Assembly: GCA_030390025.1 (NCBI GenBank)
Contig: CM059425.1
Location: 178,314,001 to 178,378,000, forward strand
DNA: 64,000 nt
DNA from: Squalus acanthias
Lineage: Eukaryota
Reading direction: 5' to 3'
The first letter of the stretch is position 1; every line of letters starts with the position of its first letter. Shown piece after piece: positions 24,256 through 37,629 of the stretch. Below the pieces are notes generated by a model. The model saw only the letters and a program-made list of their open reading frames with translations. It was not told the origin of the DNA and did not search any database. The translations under genes were made by a program, and so were the position numbers.

Positions 24256-25449
24256 CCTATCAAAATATTGACTGTGTCTTTGTTATTCAGTACTATCAAG
24301 TTACAATAATTTTTGAAAAAAATAAATGGGTGCAAATTCTACATTTGTATCCTAATTTTTCAGCTGGATGTTGGAAGTATTGTAATCTGATTTAGAATTT
24401 CTCTTGCCCATGAGAACTCAAATTGTGCTTGGTTCTGATCTTTTTAATTTCATTAGTGCACTCATTTGTGGCATTGCCTGCAGAGGATTTTGAAAAATAA
24501 TGAATGAAGAAAATAAATCTATACCCCCCTAACTCATCCCTTTCACACCTCTCTATATTAGGCTCCTTGTTAATCAAGTCTAAGGACACCAGCTCTCTGA
24601 TTATAGAACTCCAGATTTGCAACAGGGCAGGTTACATTTCTCAAGAAACAACCTGACTTTAATAATCCACCTCAATTTTATCAATTAATATTATAATAAT
24701 GATAAAAGCCACTCTGCTGAAATTTATTTTTGATAGAATGGGATTAGTTGGTGAATGTGATTTGTTACTTAGTTCATTGTGATTACGATAACTAAAGCAA
24801 ATAGTAATAGAAACTGATCAGTAAATAGAAACATTGACAATATAGACTATTCACCAGTGAGAAAGTAGAAAAGCTACAGACCCAAAAACTATTTATTTGT
24901 ATAGATGGGTAGATTGGATTACTAGGATCAACATCTAGGAGCAAGAAGGCTGCTGACTCCACTTGACATAATCAGAGCTGTTCACTGCTGGACCTGCTGG
25001 AAAAATCAGTTGAGTGATGCTCTTCCAGCTGAGGGACATGAAGGAAGCTACTGATCTTCAGCAGGCTTCCCTACAACCCAGTATTCAACATTTCTGATTG
25101 TAGACTAGGAGAATTGAAATTATGGTTTTAAAATGTAAAGGGGAAAGTACTTTTCTCTTGAGTATTATTGCCCTTTAAATGGAATTGACTCTGCTACAAA
25201 TCTTAGTTAAACATAAGAGCCCCAAATTTCTTGTTTTAGTAAATGGCATAACCTGGGCAGATGGGAAAGGAAAATCAGGCAGGGATCCATTCATTTGGCT
25301 CACTACATCCCACCAGCAGCTCCAACGTTTTCTGTTGGAAGTGACCGGGCATCTAATATGTCTGCCTAAATATGTGTGTCACTAGCATCCAGCATTTCTA
25401 TGGAACATGGAGAAAGATTTATAGTTTAAATGGCTGGGTTATTTAATGG

Positions 25450-26360
25450 AATAGTACGTATTCGGGATGAGAAAAGGCCATCGGGCCCACTTACTGGACA
25501 TCCCTGTATAACCCCTTCCCTCTACCTGCACCTCTGTCCCATCCCTCTGTCCCCAACCCAATCCTTCCTCCACATCCCACTCAAACACTTTCTCTTTGCC
25601 ATCCTTTCTCTTCACTTCCACTCCCAGCTCCACCCTTCCTCTTCTCTTTCCCCCTCACTCCCAGCTCCACCCTTCCTCTTCTCTTTACCCCCTCATGCCC
25701 ATCTCCACTCTTCCTCTTCTATCCACCCCTACCACCTCCTGGGAGAGGCAAAAAAAAGGGACCTATAGCCAATTCATAAAACCTCTGTCAAAAATTCCTC
25801 TCCGAACCCTTTGAATGCAATTCGGTAAGCCTCGGGAAGTTCCAATCCGTTTGTTATTACTGAAAATCTTTCTTTCCTTCTGCCTCACAATTTTACAGAA
25901 CTTTATCTAACATCTTCTTAAAGGACTGCAGAAAGTCAGACCTCACTACCAAATCTGGAATACTGTTCCACAGATCGATCATCCTCTGAGAAAATAAAAC
26001 TTCTGTACGTCCAACCTCTCTGCTTTCCCAATTTAATTAGGTGGCCCTTAGTTCTACAGAAATCCCATCATCTCAAACAATCTGTTCCATTTGTATTTTA
26101 CACCTTTCCAGAAAATCCAAAATCAAAGCACGAAGTCCAAGCTCACTGCATTAAGACACTTGTTGCCCTTCTCTAGGGCCAAAATGTTTTCTTTGAGGTG
26201 GCAGGATCAAAAAGATACACAATACTCCAGATTAGATCTCAATGAAACCTTATGTAGCCTTTTCATCTTGTCCCTAGTTTTATACTGATTAGTCCAGACA
26301 ATACAGCCCAGGATCCTGTTTGCTTTGGCTGCCATTGCCTGGTAATGAGGGAGGTAGGTA
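25450..26360 (-). mobile_element. Old CR1/L3 3' fragment
   Basis: AAKANRILGCI...SLRSNLEYCVSF, with a tail near 25460-25490. Confidence 0.65.
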
Positions 26361-28017
26361 ACCACAAGTAATTGTCCAACAAAACTCTTTCTTGAGACTC
26401 TCTTCCACCCTCCCGTCTCCATGAAAATCAAATGAACATGAAAGACACCAATCCAATATTATTCAGCCCAGCCAGTTGTAAACCCCAAGGGATATTTCTG
26501 TGGCCCCAGCAGCATTGAATCCATTGCAGTCTGTGGAATAATTTCTACATCTATTCCTAACTGAATACTTAAATAGGGGTAATGAGCATAGCATTAACTA
26601 CTTTTGCATGGAATACCTTCCATATGTGAGAGTGAAATTTCTTCTATAGTTAAAGGATACTCAGGATAATGGCCTTATGCTTGACTATTTGTCCGAAAAG
26701 GATATATGTGATCTTTTAGGATGTATTTTTTTTTAAGGAAGCTATAGTTTACCGTAAGTTTATAGGCTTCCCAATCAGGACCGCTATCTTCACTGTACTT
26801 CTGAGGTGAGGCATTGAAATATGAGGCATCTACCTAGTCTTGTCTCCTAGCACCTCCATTGCACATTGTTTTTGGTGGGGGATACAAGGAGCTGGTGATT
26901 GATGAAACAGTATCATTTTTCAGTGCCTAGTTTCAGAAATCCAGTAAAGGTAGTGGCTCCAGTAGGGAAATTAATAGCCTGTGGCAAGTTGTGTGTCTGT
27001 GGTGTTATGTTATTTTTTTGAAGTTGCTCACAGACTGTTTTTAAACTACACACTGGGGTAAAGTCATTGAGGGGTCTAATGCCAGAGTATTAATTTCACT
27101 ACAGAATTATTTTGCTGTGTTTTATAAATTAAATTTTTATTGAATTAGTCAGTGGAATTCAGCCATATACAATCTGAGGTCAAATATGAATACACAAAGA
27201 ACTTATTTCAGTATTTATCTGTCAGCCTTTGGCCTATTGGAGACGCTCAGAAAAAAAGTGAATTCCTGCCTGTTTTGTGTTCAGAGTTAAAGAAACTATT
27301 TTGTGAATGTTTGTGCTGTTAGACTTCTGTTCCCACAGTAATACTGTAAAGTCGATCTTGTCTTTCACAATGTGGATCAGTGAAGCCTGCATACCAGAAA
27401 GGCTAACTGTGGTGTCCAGGCAATAATAAGACTCATTACATTAAGGCTACTTTTTATTTGGGGAAAAAAATGTAAATTGAGTAGAACTAAACAGGTCAAA
27501 GTACAATTGCTAATGATTTATGACTGGAGAGAGAAGGAACCTCCCATATTCAGTAGTATTGTAAAATGTAGTATAGCAAAAATCAGTTGTGCAATCAAGT
27601 ATTGACCAATCTTTTTGTTCATTAGAACACTTTTAGCTTTGTATGGGAAGAATTGTATACTTGTATTGCACAGCAAATATGTACAAGGGACATTTAATTT
27701 TCCAAGTTTGTGGTCTGGATTCCTGTTTTTTTTAAATTATTTAAACAATGAATTGGCTTCATTATTCTAGTCTCTTTAAGAATCCGATCTTCAAATGTGG
27801 GAAATTATTACTTCTTTGACCAAAGTGAATTGTTCCTTTTGGTGTTTATAATTAGCCCACATCCATACAAACACGTCAAAATACTGCCTGGTAATTTTCC
27901 AAGGAATACATTTTACTCCTTACAATCTTTTATGGTGTGAGCTCTGTATATACAAACCTAAAGAAGTACTTTCTATTAAGATTCATTGAATTCACTCCCT
28001 GGTCTTCTCCAGTTAAA

Positions 28018-28325
28018 CATCGGTGGCATAGTGGTTAGCACTGTTGCCTCACAGCGCCAGGGACCCGGGTTCGAATCCGGCCTCGGTGACTGTCTGTGTG
28101 GAGTTTGCACATTCTCCCTGTGTCTGCGTGGGTTTCCTCCGGGTGCTCCGGTTTCCTCCCACAGTCCAAAGATGTGCGGGTTAGGTTGATTTGGCTATGA
28201 TAAATTGACCCTTAGTGTTAGGGGGGATTAAATACGTGGGGTTACGGGGATAGGGTGGGATATGTGTCGGTGCAGGCTCGATGGGCCGAAATGGCCTCTA
28301 TCTGCACTGTGGGGATTCTGTGATC
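28018..28325 (+). mobile_element. tRNA-derived V-SINE (HE1-like)
   Basis: Box A TGGCATAGTGG (28024), box B GGTTCGAATCC (28068), V-domain gtgtggagtttgca..tgcgtgggtttcctccgggtgctccggtttcctcccaca, and a CR1-type tail. Confidence 0.88.
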
Positions 28326-29479
28326 ACTGAATGGCTCTTATTTGGTTACAAGGAAAATGTGTTTTGAAATGTATATCCACTTTATATTGAAAACTGGTCT
28401 GAAACCCAGGTGTGCATTATAATTGAAAAAACCAGTGGGGTTTTTATTACTTCTGTATTTTGATCTGTATATTTTTTTTCATGATTCAGGACCAACCCAA
28501 ATGCTGTGGTTAAACCATGGCACCTCTTTATGTGAAGATACACATTTTGTTTGAACAGTATATATGCACTTTGTTTTTTTTTTAATATGCCAGCAAGTCA
28601 TTTTAATTTTGCATATGCTTATGCAAAATTTTCATTTCAATCTTTCTATACAAATTTTTTATGTATCCTAAAATATTTTTTAACTTGTACAGACGCACTG
28701 CAGCCTACTAATAATGCAAAATCATTTTGTGAATTTAAAAATTGTATTGTCTAATAATTTGAATTAAGCAACATAAAAGTAAGAAATTAGTGCGTAAAAA
28801 TTTAAATTATCAAATAATTTGAATGAAGTGGCTTTGAATTAAGAGAAGTAGACTGTAGTTAGAAAGCACTTCTGTTTTTTATTAGAAAGCTGAGCTTTGG
28901 TGACTTTGCGGTTGTAGTAATAAGAGCACTCCTACCCCGAGAATCCAAAGTGAGTTCAAATATTGTTGGAACTCCGTTGTCCTTGATCAGATTTTGAGCA
29001 TTTTGCATTAGTTGTGTCCTTTGCTCGGGATGGAGGAACAGTACAGAAGTGCATCTCGGGTTGATTAATAATTCACCAGCTGTGATACGGCTCATAGGTC
29101 ATCTCTAACTGAGAGTGGGATAGATATTAAACCCAATAGCTTCTTTGTGATGTAACTCAATTTAGCAATATTAAGTGTGCATGCTGTGCTGCAAAATTAA
29201 AATTAAGCCTGGATGGTTAAACCAACTCAACAAGTCTGAATCTTACTTTACAAAAAAACCAGACAGAAAGTCCAGTATTATTATCCAGTTGTGTATTCTT
29301 CCTTCTCTTTTCCTTGCTCCTGCTGTACCCCCACTTCCATATAACCTGTTTAATTGTTAACACCTTATAAGTGGAATGATTTTCTCATGCTATTTAAGAG
29401 GTGAGCAAAGCTATTCTGCTATCTTGCCTGGTCTCATTAAGAAATTACAGTGAACTTAGATTAAATATTGTGGCATCCC

Positions 29480-30170
29480 TGTACAAGCGCTTCAAAAGCC
29501 TACTTTACTATTTGAGTGGGAATTGTTATTATGCCTTTCCAACCTGGTGGTCTTTCTCCAATGTGCTCTCTAAGTGAAGAGGAGGTCCCAGTGATGTAGG
29601 GTACTCCAACTCCCAAGTCATCTATAGTAAAAGCAGTACTTGAACTTCTTACAATCTTGGTTAAGAGGGTGTCTTCTGACTAGAAACCTCTGATCATGAT
29701 GCTGTGGTTGCTCCAACTGTCATTCATAGTTCCAAACAAATCTGAGTCTCAGTTGCCAGGTTTATCCAAAGCATATGTCCTTCTTTAGCCAATGTATTAG
29801 AGGTCTCAGCGGGGCGGAGGGGGGGGGGGGGGTCGTGCTAATTCCGATAATCTCTTGGAGCCTTCTGATTCAGAAGGCGGCTCAGGATAAACTAAGCCTC
29901 ATATATCAACATCTCCTGAGCAGATCTGTTAACAAATTTAACGCCCATGCAGTAGCATTTTTGGGTGTATCATTAGCTGCCATGACTAAAGTTTCAAGTC
30001 ATGGTTCAGTCTTGATTATATCAAAATTACCCATCTTTATGGGCTTTTTCTGGATTTCCATTCCATCACTTTCTTTTCCCAATTTGCTCTCCTCTTCTAT
30101 TAAAGGGATTGATCGTTGCTGGGGTATGGTTCTGTAAATAGCAACATTTCTTTTGGAACCTCAAATGGCC
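29480..30170 (-). mobile_element. Highly decayed retroelement, possibly a Poseidon-type PLE
   Basis: Minus-strand VGVPYITGTS and RIC-like thumb remnants only. Confidence 0.3.
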
Positions 30171-30479
30171 ATTCTAGAGAGCAATTACCTGCAAGCTGTT
30201 TAATTTTAGAGGCATCACAGCTGAATCCAATCCTCAACCTCTCCAGTGACTTTTGAGAACATTTCACTGGGTTTTGATCAGGGGCACAAATCTTAGCTGA
30301 TTATTCTTTTCTCTAACCCAGGGATGATAAAGATAATTGTAATGTTCCAACTGCTGCTCCAGCATAGGCTGAACAAACCGCAGACACGCAGTCACTGAAG
30401 AAATCCTTTATATAAATGATAATTCAACTGCAGAAGTGCTACAGGTCATTACTATACTAGAAAGGAACCTGAGAAATGT

Positions 30480-31000
30480 AATGCTTTGGGAAAGTGGGTA
30501 TACTGTCAGGAAACTATAAATAGCTGCATATTGGATACACTGGGTAAAAGTTATGCCCCAGCAAGTGACTCCGCTCCAGTTTTCAGCACAGGTGTGCTAA
30601 TGATGCTCTTGAGGTAGGGAGTGTTCCAATTCCCAAGGCATCCTATTTTATAGGAATGTTTAGTTGCACATCTAATCCATTTAAAGGCCTTCAGGCAAAG
30701 TTGTTGGAGCTGTCTCGAAGAGAGACTGCTCTTTAGGAAAAACACTGCAGTATTATAAGAAACATTAGCTATTCTGGGAATGATGCCTGTTTTATTTGGT
30801 CTTTCTAACCACCTTCTAGATTATTTATTGTATCTTGGGACTTGAGGATGAGTACCAGTTAACAAACCTTTGAATATATCTCTCCTTGTCTTGTGATCTA
30901 GGTAAACTTTCAGCAGCTTGCCCAGAACTGTCTTATGCCTCCATAAGATTTCAGTTGCCCCAAGTAGAAGCGCATCACCATAGACCTCATCTTTAGAGCT
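30480..31000 (-). mobile_element. Decayed Gypsy RNase H/integrase remnant
   Basis: LLGATEILWRHKTVLGKLLKVYLDHK resembles the Gypsy RNase H ...VYTDHK block. Confidence 0.4.
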
Positions 31001-31245
31001 TAAAACATGAAGTAAATTTATTGTACAAGAAACAAACATGTAAATAATCTTCTATGCTTACATATTTACTGTATTTTATCTAGCATCTTGAATAAGAACA
31101 AAAATTAAATAGGATTGCTACTCTAAGAACTAATCTTTCATAAAATAATTTGTGAGTTTTGACAAATGATTCAATGGTGGCGGTTATCACAGCTGAGCCC
31201 AATCTGATCTCAGCCAATCTCCATGCACACTTCCCAGCAGGGGTC

Positions 31246-32140
31246 ATAAGAAATAGGAGCAGGAGTAGGCCATACAGCCCTTCAAGCCTGCTCCACCAAT
31301 CAATAAGATCATATCTTCTTCTACTTCAACTCCACTTTCCTGCCCTATCCACATAATCTCTTGATTCCTTTAGTGTCCAAAAATCTATTGATCTCAGTCT
31401 TGACTATACTCAACGATTGAGCATCCACAGCCCTCTGGGGTAGAGAATTCCAAAGATTTACAACCCTCAGTGAAGAAATTTCTCCTCATCTCAGTCCTAA
31501 ATGGCCGACCCCTTATCCTGCATCTATGACCACTAGTTCTAGACTCTCCAGCCAAGGGAAACATCCTGTCTGCATTTACCCTGTCAAGCCCTCTAAGAAT
31601 TTTATACTTTTCAGTAAGATCACCTCTCATTCTTCTAAACTCCTGAGAATATAGGCCCATTCTACTCAATCTCTCCTCATAAGACAATCCTCTCATCCCA
31701 GGAATTAATCTAGTGAACCTTTGTTGTACCCCCTCGAAGGCAAGTATATCCTCCCTTAAGTAAGGGGACCAAAACTGTACACAGTACTCCAGGTGTGGTG
31801 TCTCCAAAGCCATTTATAATTGCAACAAGACCTCCTTATTCTTGTACTCCAACTCCCTTGCAATAAAGGCTAACATGCCATTTGCTTTCCTAATTGTTTG
31901 CTGCACCTGCATGTTAACTTTCTGTGATTTGTGTACCAGAATCACCTTTTTAAAAAATATTCTGCTTTTCTATTCTTCCTACCATAGTGGATAACTTCAC
32001 ATTTCCCCACATTATACTCCATTTGCCATATTCTTGCCCACTCACTTTACCTGTCTATATCCCTTTGCAGCCTCCTCACAGCTTACTTTCCCACCTAGCT
32101 TTGTATTATCAGCAAACTTGGATACATTACACTCGGTCCC
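31246..32140 (-). mobile_element. CR1 LINE 3' fragment, same family as 7430-11710
   Basis: PHLEYCVQFWSPY..RRMRGDL..RRNFF, and a matching tail. Confidence 0.88.
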
Positions 32141-34135
32141 TCATTGGATCACTACATAGCAATCAGGAGTAGTTGTATTTCCCTTCCCTAACCCAGTGTA
32201 CCAAGGCCATTTGTACTGTTGAAATACCTGTCCTTGCTGAGGTCAGTTAATTCAGCATAGACTGGGATCTTATGATCTATATGGCTCACTACCACTGCAT
32301 ATTTATCCACAAAGCCTTTGATGGATCTTAGCCTCACCCGATGTCCACAAGCCAAAACTTTTGATCAGGGCCGCTGGCTAGCATCTGTGAGCAGAAAGAG
32401 GGGTTGGTTTTCTCTTCTCTACCCCAGGGTTTTTATTTTTCTAAATTGTCTCTTAATTTTATTTGTACTGTAAGTATACTGTGTTTTCCTAATCGATGTT
32501 AAACATTGCAGAAAATAAAACATTTCAATGAATGACATTAATTATAAATGGCCCAAATTAGCATTTTGTGTTAAAATGTAGAATGATCATCACCGTGCAC
32601 TTGAACTTTCATGGTTCCGGGAAACTGAAACCAGCTTGTTAAACTGCATGTGCAGAGAACAAGGAAAATGTTTCCTTTTAAGATTGTTAGGCTCAAAGGT
32701 ACAAAGTAATAAAACATTTTAGAAAAATTATCTTTTTTATTAGTGCATGATATTCTGTGCAGTGTTAGGTCCTTATACATTTCTTCTGTGTTGCCAGTGT
32801 ACTCTGGGAAGTGTGTACAGAAACTAGAATGTTGATGCCAATGTGCCCTTGTAGATACAGGAACTCTGAAAGGAAATGTTTATCACTTTCTATTGTGTTC
32901 TGAAAAAAATCTGTCATTGCTGAGTAGAGTTACAAGGAAGCAGGTGTAAATTTGTATTTAAATCCCTCATTTCAGTTCTTTAAAAAGATATGAGGTTGTC
33001 ACCAGCTGTTTCCATCTGCAAATTTATGGTGAAGGGAGTTAAAGGAGGGTGCATCCTCACATCCTGCAGGTGTAATGGTACAGTTATTTTTATAACTCAT
33101 TTGTTTATCTTTCTATCTTGCTCTTTCCCTGTGGTGAAGAGTTCATTCTGGAATATAACGCAGTCGCAGTAGCAACAGCAGCACGACACAGGTACAGGCC
33201 AATATAAGCTTATTTTCTTTTTGTAGGTCTTGCACAATAGTGCAGGGCCTTTTGTGGCCTTAGGGATTAACCAGGGAATGGGCGCACCTAATACAAGGCG
33301 GTTTTACCTTGCAGTACTGCTTTTAGAAGAACAGTGCCATACTGCCCTTTTGATGTCACACTTCCCATTATTTGTGTTTTCACCAGTGCTGTTTTACATC
33401 AGACATCGGGTAGAACTAACTATACCTGGCAGGACAGCAAGCAAATCTTGTGGTAATTACAAGATGCACAAAAATGGATCGCTGTTGTTGCTGGAACAAA
33501 ATAAATTGACATTTTTATATTTCCTAGTGCAGCCAACAGCATATGTACAGTCAACTGCAATTTTATAACGCAAAAGTGCCTAAAAAGGATTGTCGATGGA
33601 TCCTTCCATTCAGCCCATGTAATTCCTTTACAAACAGCAAATGTGTGTCAGTTCCTTGGAATAAATTGACTCCAGAGACCAACAAATATGCAAACACCTA
33701 ACTTTAATTAACAGCAGAACACATGCGGCTCCATATTTGTCTCCATGTGCAATGGCTGGCTCACTAACTGCAATGCAGATTAAACAGCTTTAGAAGAATG
33801 ATGGTAGGACAGAAGACTTGGGGCGCGATCTTGCCAGCCCTGGGGAGGCGGGTATGGAGGCGGGTCTGCCGGGAAAATGTCAGAATTTGTGAGCGGGTGC
33901 CCAACCCGCCTCCATGCCATCTTGCCAGGAGGCGGGTAGCCGTCCCGCACCGGGTCCTGTCTCCTTGGAGGCGGGAAGGGATTACAGCCACTTAACTGCC
34001 TGTTAACAGGTAGTTAACAGGCAGAAAATAGGCTTATTACCATTTTGCCCACACAAGTGCAGGCTTCCCGAAGGCTCTGCCAGGGTCACTGAGGCGAGTA
34101 GTGGGTCTGCAGGGGTCGGTGGGGGGGTGCAAAAG

Positions 34136-34865
34136 TGTTAGAGGAGACTCCGGTCTCCTTCCTCTCAGTCAAGACAGACGATGGTAGATAGGTTCACAAC
34201 GATCTTTATTCAAGCATATGCAGGGAGAGACTCTCACTTGACCGCTTCAAGTGGGACTCCGATGAGATCTCACATTTCATTTACTTATATACATTCGTTA
34301 TTGCTTATGCAAGCTATTACAAAAGTGGGTTTCCTCCGGGTGCTCCGGTTTCCTCCCACAGTCCAAAAATGTGTGGGTTAGGTTGATTTGGCTATGATAA
34401 ATTGACCCTTAGTGTTAGGGGGGGATTAAATATGTGGGGTGATGGGATATGTTAGGGGGAATTAAATACGTGGGGTTACGGGGGTAGGGTGGGATATGTG
34501 TACTGTGGGGATTAAAGCAGGGACAGGGTACTGGATTTGGATGATCAGCCATGATCGTATTGAATGGTGGAGCAGGCTCGACGGGCCGAATGGCCTACTG
34601 CTGCTCCTAGATTCTATGTTTCTATGTTTCTATCACGTGTTAGCCACACTATTTGTTAATGCTATCACATTGCCCATGTTAGGGGTCTCTATCCATGAGT
34701 TGCACTCCTTAGTTCCCTCGTGAAACTACCATTTAATCCTTTGATATAATTAGTCTTTGACTTGTTTTTCACATTTTTCACACCACCCTCGTTAACCTAA
34801 CATAACCTCTAAAGTTCTTTATTGTTTAGTCAATCAGTAGTGTTTACTTGTTAATTACCCTTACA
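34136..34865 (-). mobile_element. Solo LTR (TG...CA)
   Basis: Begins TGTTAG and ends CTTACA, with flanks AAAAG/AAAAC. Absent from the paralogous MITE site at about 50855. AATAAA on the minus strand near 34205. Confidence 0.7.
34325..34633 (+). mobile_element. 5'-truncated HE1-like SINE with a second CR1 tail
   Basis: V-domain 3' half, an internal duplication, and tail gatcagccatgatcgtattgaatggtggagcaggctcg...(tttctatg)n. Confidence 0.8.
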
Positions 34866-35879
34866 AAAACTGTGCTGTGAAGGTAAGTGATGGGTGCAAG
34901 TGTGGAGAGGTGAGTATCTGAGGCAAGTGGCAAGTGTTAGAAAAAGTTTACTTACCTTTGTTTCTTCCTGCAGGCTTCAGTCGGTAGGTATGCGGAGAGT
35001 CTCGCACCTCCGCGGTAGAGATGACAGATGGCCGTTGCATTCTCAGATGCAACAACCATCTCATTTCTGCAAAAGAAAGAGGTTTGATGAGGTCTTGAAT
35101 TCAAGACCTCATCAAACTACAGAGAATGTCAGTGTTTGACAGCTTCACAGAGCTGTCAAACGATGACAATTCATCTGTCAAAAATTTTTGACAGATGAAA
35201 CGTCATATGCTGACGTTCTCTGCTGGGTGGGCTTAACAAGGTCAATCAAGGGAAAATAGTGTGGGTTCGTCAGAAGTTGATGGAGGCGGGACTGAAACCC
35301 TGACAAGTGGGAGTCCCGCCTCCAAAAGCTCCCCATTGGCAAAAATCACCCCCTAGGTGTTCTGATTTAGAATTTATCCATCAGTGAGGCAGCAGCAATA
35401 ACAGCCCTTTGCAAACCTCCAGGCCCACAAAATTAAAAAAAAAAGGGACAAACCAGTAAGAAACATAACCGTAAATGAAACTGAGTTTCTAGAGCTTCAT
35501 GGACCAGATTGCCAGGACTCAGCCACATGTAAGCCGTGGGCCATACTTTAGACATCACTGATGTAGGAGAAACTTGTGCTTGTCAGTGGAGTACAAAATG
35601 CAATTGTTCTACTTTCCAGTGTGACATCTCACCCTTTCGGCCTCCACTCTACCCCCTCCCCCCAGAATATATTTTTGTCTGCCGCTGATGTAGGTTAAAG
35701 CTCCAGGTGGGCTCAAAGGTCATAATCTAACCTGCCCTGCTGCTATATTTGTTGGTTTTTTTTGTATTCATTAGTTTGAATAATGTTGGTGCTGAGGAAT
35801 TGAACATTTTCTCACTTTTGGCACCCACTACCTTCCCGCATCTCAGGTCAGGCATAGCATGGATGGGTGCAGAGTAAAG

Positions 35880-36600
35880 ATCATAGGAACAGCAGTAGTC
35901 ATTTAACCCCTCGAGCTGTTGAGCCATTCAGTTAGATCATGGCTGATCTGTACCTCAGCTCCATTTACCCACCTTTGTTCCATATTCCTCGGTACCCTTA
36001 CCCAACAAAAATCAATCAGTCTTGAAAGTGCCAATTGACCCAGTATCCATAGCCTTTTAGGTTTTTTTGGCGGGTGGGGGGTGAGTTTCAGATTTTTAAG
36101 ATTGTGCCTCTTTGTTCACGATTCCCCACCAGAGAAAATAGTTTCTCTTTATCTACACTATCAGATCGCTTTATCATTTTAAATACCTCAATTAGATTCC
36201 CCACTCAAACTTCTAAACTGAACAAGCAATGTTTATGCAACCTGTCCTCTCAATTTAATTCACACTTCCCCACATTGAACTCCATCTGCCGTAGTTGTGC
36301 TACTGTTAGTCTGTGTATGTCCCTTTGTAACTTTCTGTTCCCATTCACACAACTTACTGTGCCTCTTAACTTAGTGTCACCTGCAAAGTTGATCTACAAC
36401 TCTCTCTTCCTTCATCGAAGCTATAGAATCGCACAATCTAACAGCACAGAAGGAGGCCATTCATCCCATCGTGCTTGTGCCAGCTCTTTTGAATGCTAGT
36501 AACCTCCTCAAAAAATTCGACTAGGTTAGTCAGACATGACCTACCCTTCACACGTTCATGCTGACTCTCTTTGATCAGCTGATCAGTCCAAGTGCTCAGT
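35880..36600 (-). mobile_element. Mosaic of CR1 3' fragments
   Basis: CR1 tail reverse complements at about 35885 and 36425, plus ORF2 remnants. Confidence 0.65.
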
Positions 36601-37068
36601 TACTTTGGGCTCGATTTTAATAACGGAGGCGGGTTGAGGGCGGGCCCGCTGCTCGGCAGCTTTCGGACCCGCACCCGGCTGCCGCCTCCCAGCACTTCCG
36701 ATTTTGGCTTCATTGGTCTCGTTACGGCTGATGTGCGAGTCTCTCCAGGCAATTGCTTGGAGGATGTCAGTTTCTCGCGTCTGATGACGCGTTGTTTGTT
36801 TGAAAGTTTAAAGGGGCCATGTCCCCTTTGCATACAAATGTCATTGGGATGGCTTGGTGCTTTATTATCTTGAAAGGGGAGTTGACAGTGTTTGTTCTGA
36901 GCAAAATTTAAGGAATGATATTGCTGGTCATATTATTCCAGAGATTCATGATTTTTTGATATGACTTTATTATCTGACTATGAAATGAAAAAGATGCCAG
37001 ATGTGTTCCAATCATTTGCTTAGTAATATTAATGCTTTTTTCTCTTAAAGGTGCTGGGAGCTGCAGGA

Positions 37069-37308
37069 ATGGCAGCCCCAAAAACTAAGGCTGCAGCCAG
37101 GTTCAATGAGGGCTCCCTCCATGCTCTTGTTGAGGGAGTTAGAGGACGTCAGGAGCTCCTCTTACCTGGAAACGGAAGGAGGAGGCCTCCTCAGCAAACC
37201 AAGGCAGCTTGGCTGCAAATTGCTGAGGAGGTGAGCTCGAGGTCTGTGTGCAAATGCACATGGGTTTAGTGTCAAAAAAGGTTTAATGATCTGCTGAGAT
37301 CACCTAAA
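37069..37308 (+). pseudogene. Harbinger Myb/SANT-like DNA-binding protein exon
   Basis: MAAPKTKAAARFNEGSLHALVEGV..AWLQIAEEVSS..TWV*CQKRFNDL, with one in-frame stop. Confidence 0.8.
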
Positions 37309-37629
37309 GTGTGGCCTCTATGTTCTGGGAAATGGAAGTTCAAGAGTGAGGGCTCAGGGCGATTTCCATGTAGAATGTTGGTGGTGACACTGAGCGCAAA
37401 CCACCGTTTATTGGACAGATGATGCCTGGGGTTTGAGAATGTCAGACTTATATTCATCTTCATGTGCCAGCCACCTGTGGTTGAAGCGTTAGCTTATGGG
37501 AATCTGTCATGGATGAGTGCATCCATTGCCTGACGGCCATCAATGTGTTTGTCTGCTGCTGGATTGGCCACATCCGGCCCCGCAAGGCATCACTCCCCGT
37601 CCTCCTCATCCTCGTCCTCTTCATCTTCC

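Larger units (their letters stand above)
33821..35353. mobile_element. Non-autonomous Harbinger-like element with internal palindromes, hosting a solo LTR and a SINE
   Basis: TIRs gggcgcgatcttgcca / tggcaaaaatcaccccc, flanks ttg/tag. A second copy lies at 50543-51135. Confidence 0.75.

Noticed and set aside
25500..25745. Pro/Ser/Leu-rich ORFs
   Set aside because: Low-complexity pyrimidine tract with a short tandem duplication in a LINE 3' region.
28018..28085. tRNA gene
   Set aside because: A and B boxes are present, but there is no full cloverleaf and the sequence runs into a V-SINE body. It is a SINE head.
28560..28830. AT-rich stretch with short inverted repeats (ttttgcata..tatgcaaaa)
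   Set aside because: Too degenerate to define TIRs or a TSD, and expected by chance at this AT content.
33140..33191. Possible 52-nt poison exon (gaAG|AGTTCA...CACAG|gtacag)
   Set aside because: The donor and acceptor context are weak and there is no other support. It cannot be distinguished from chance.
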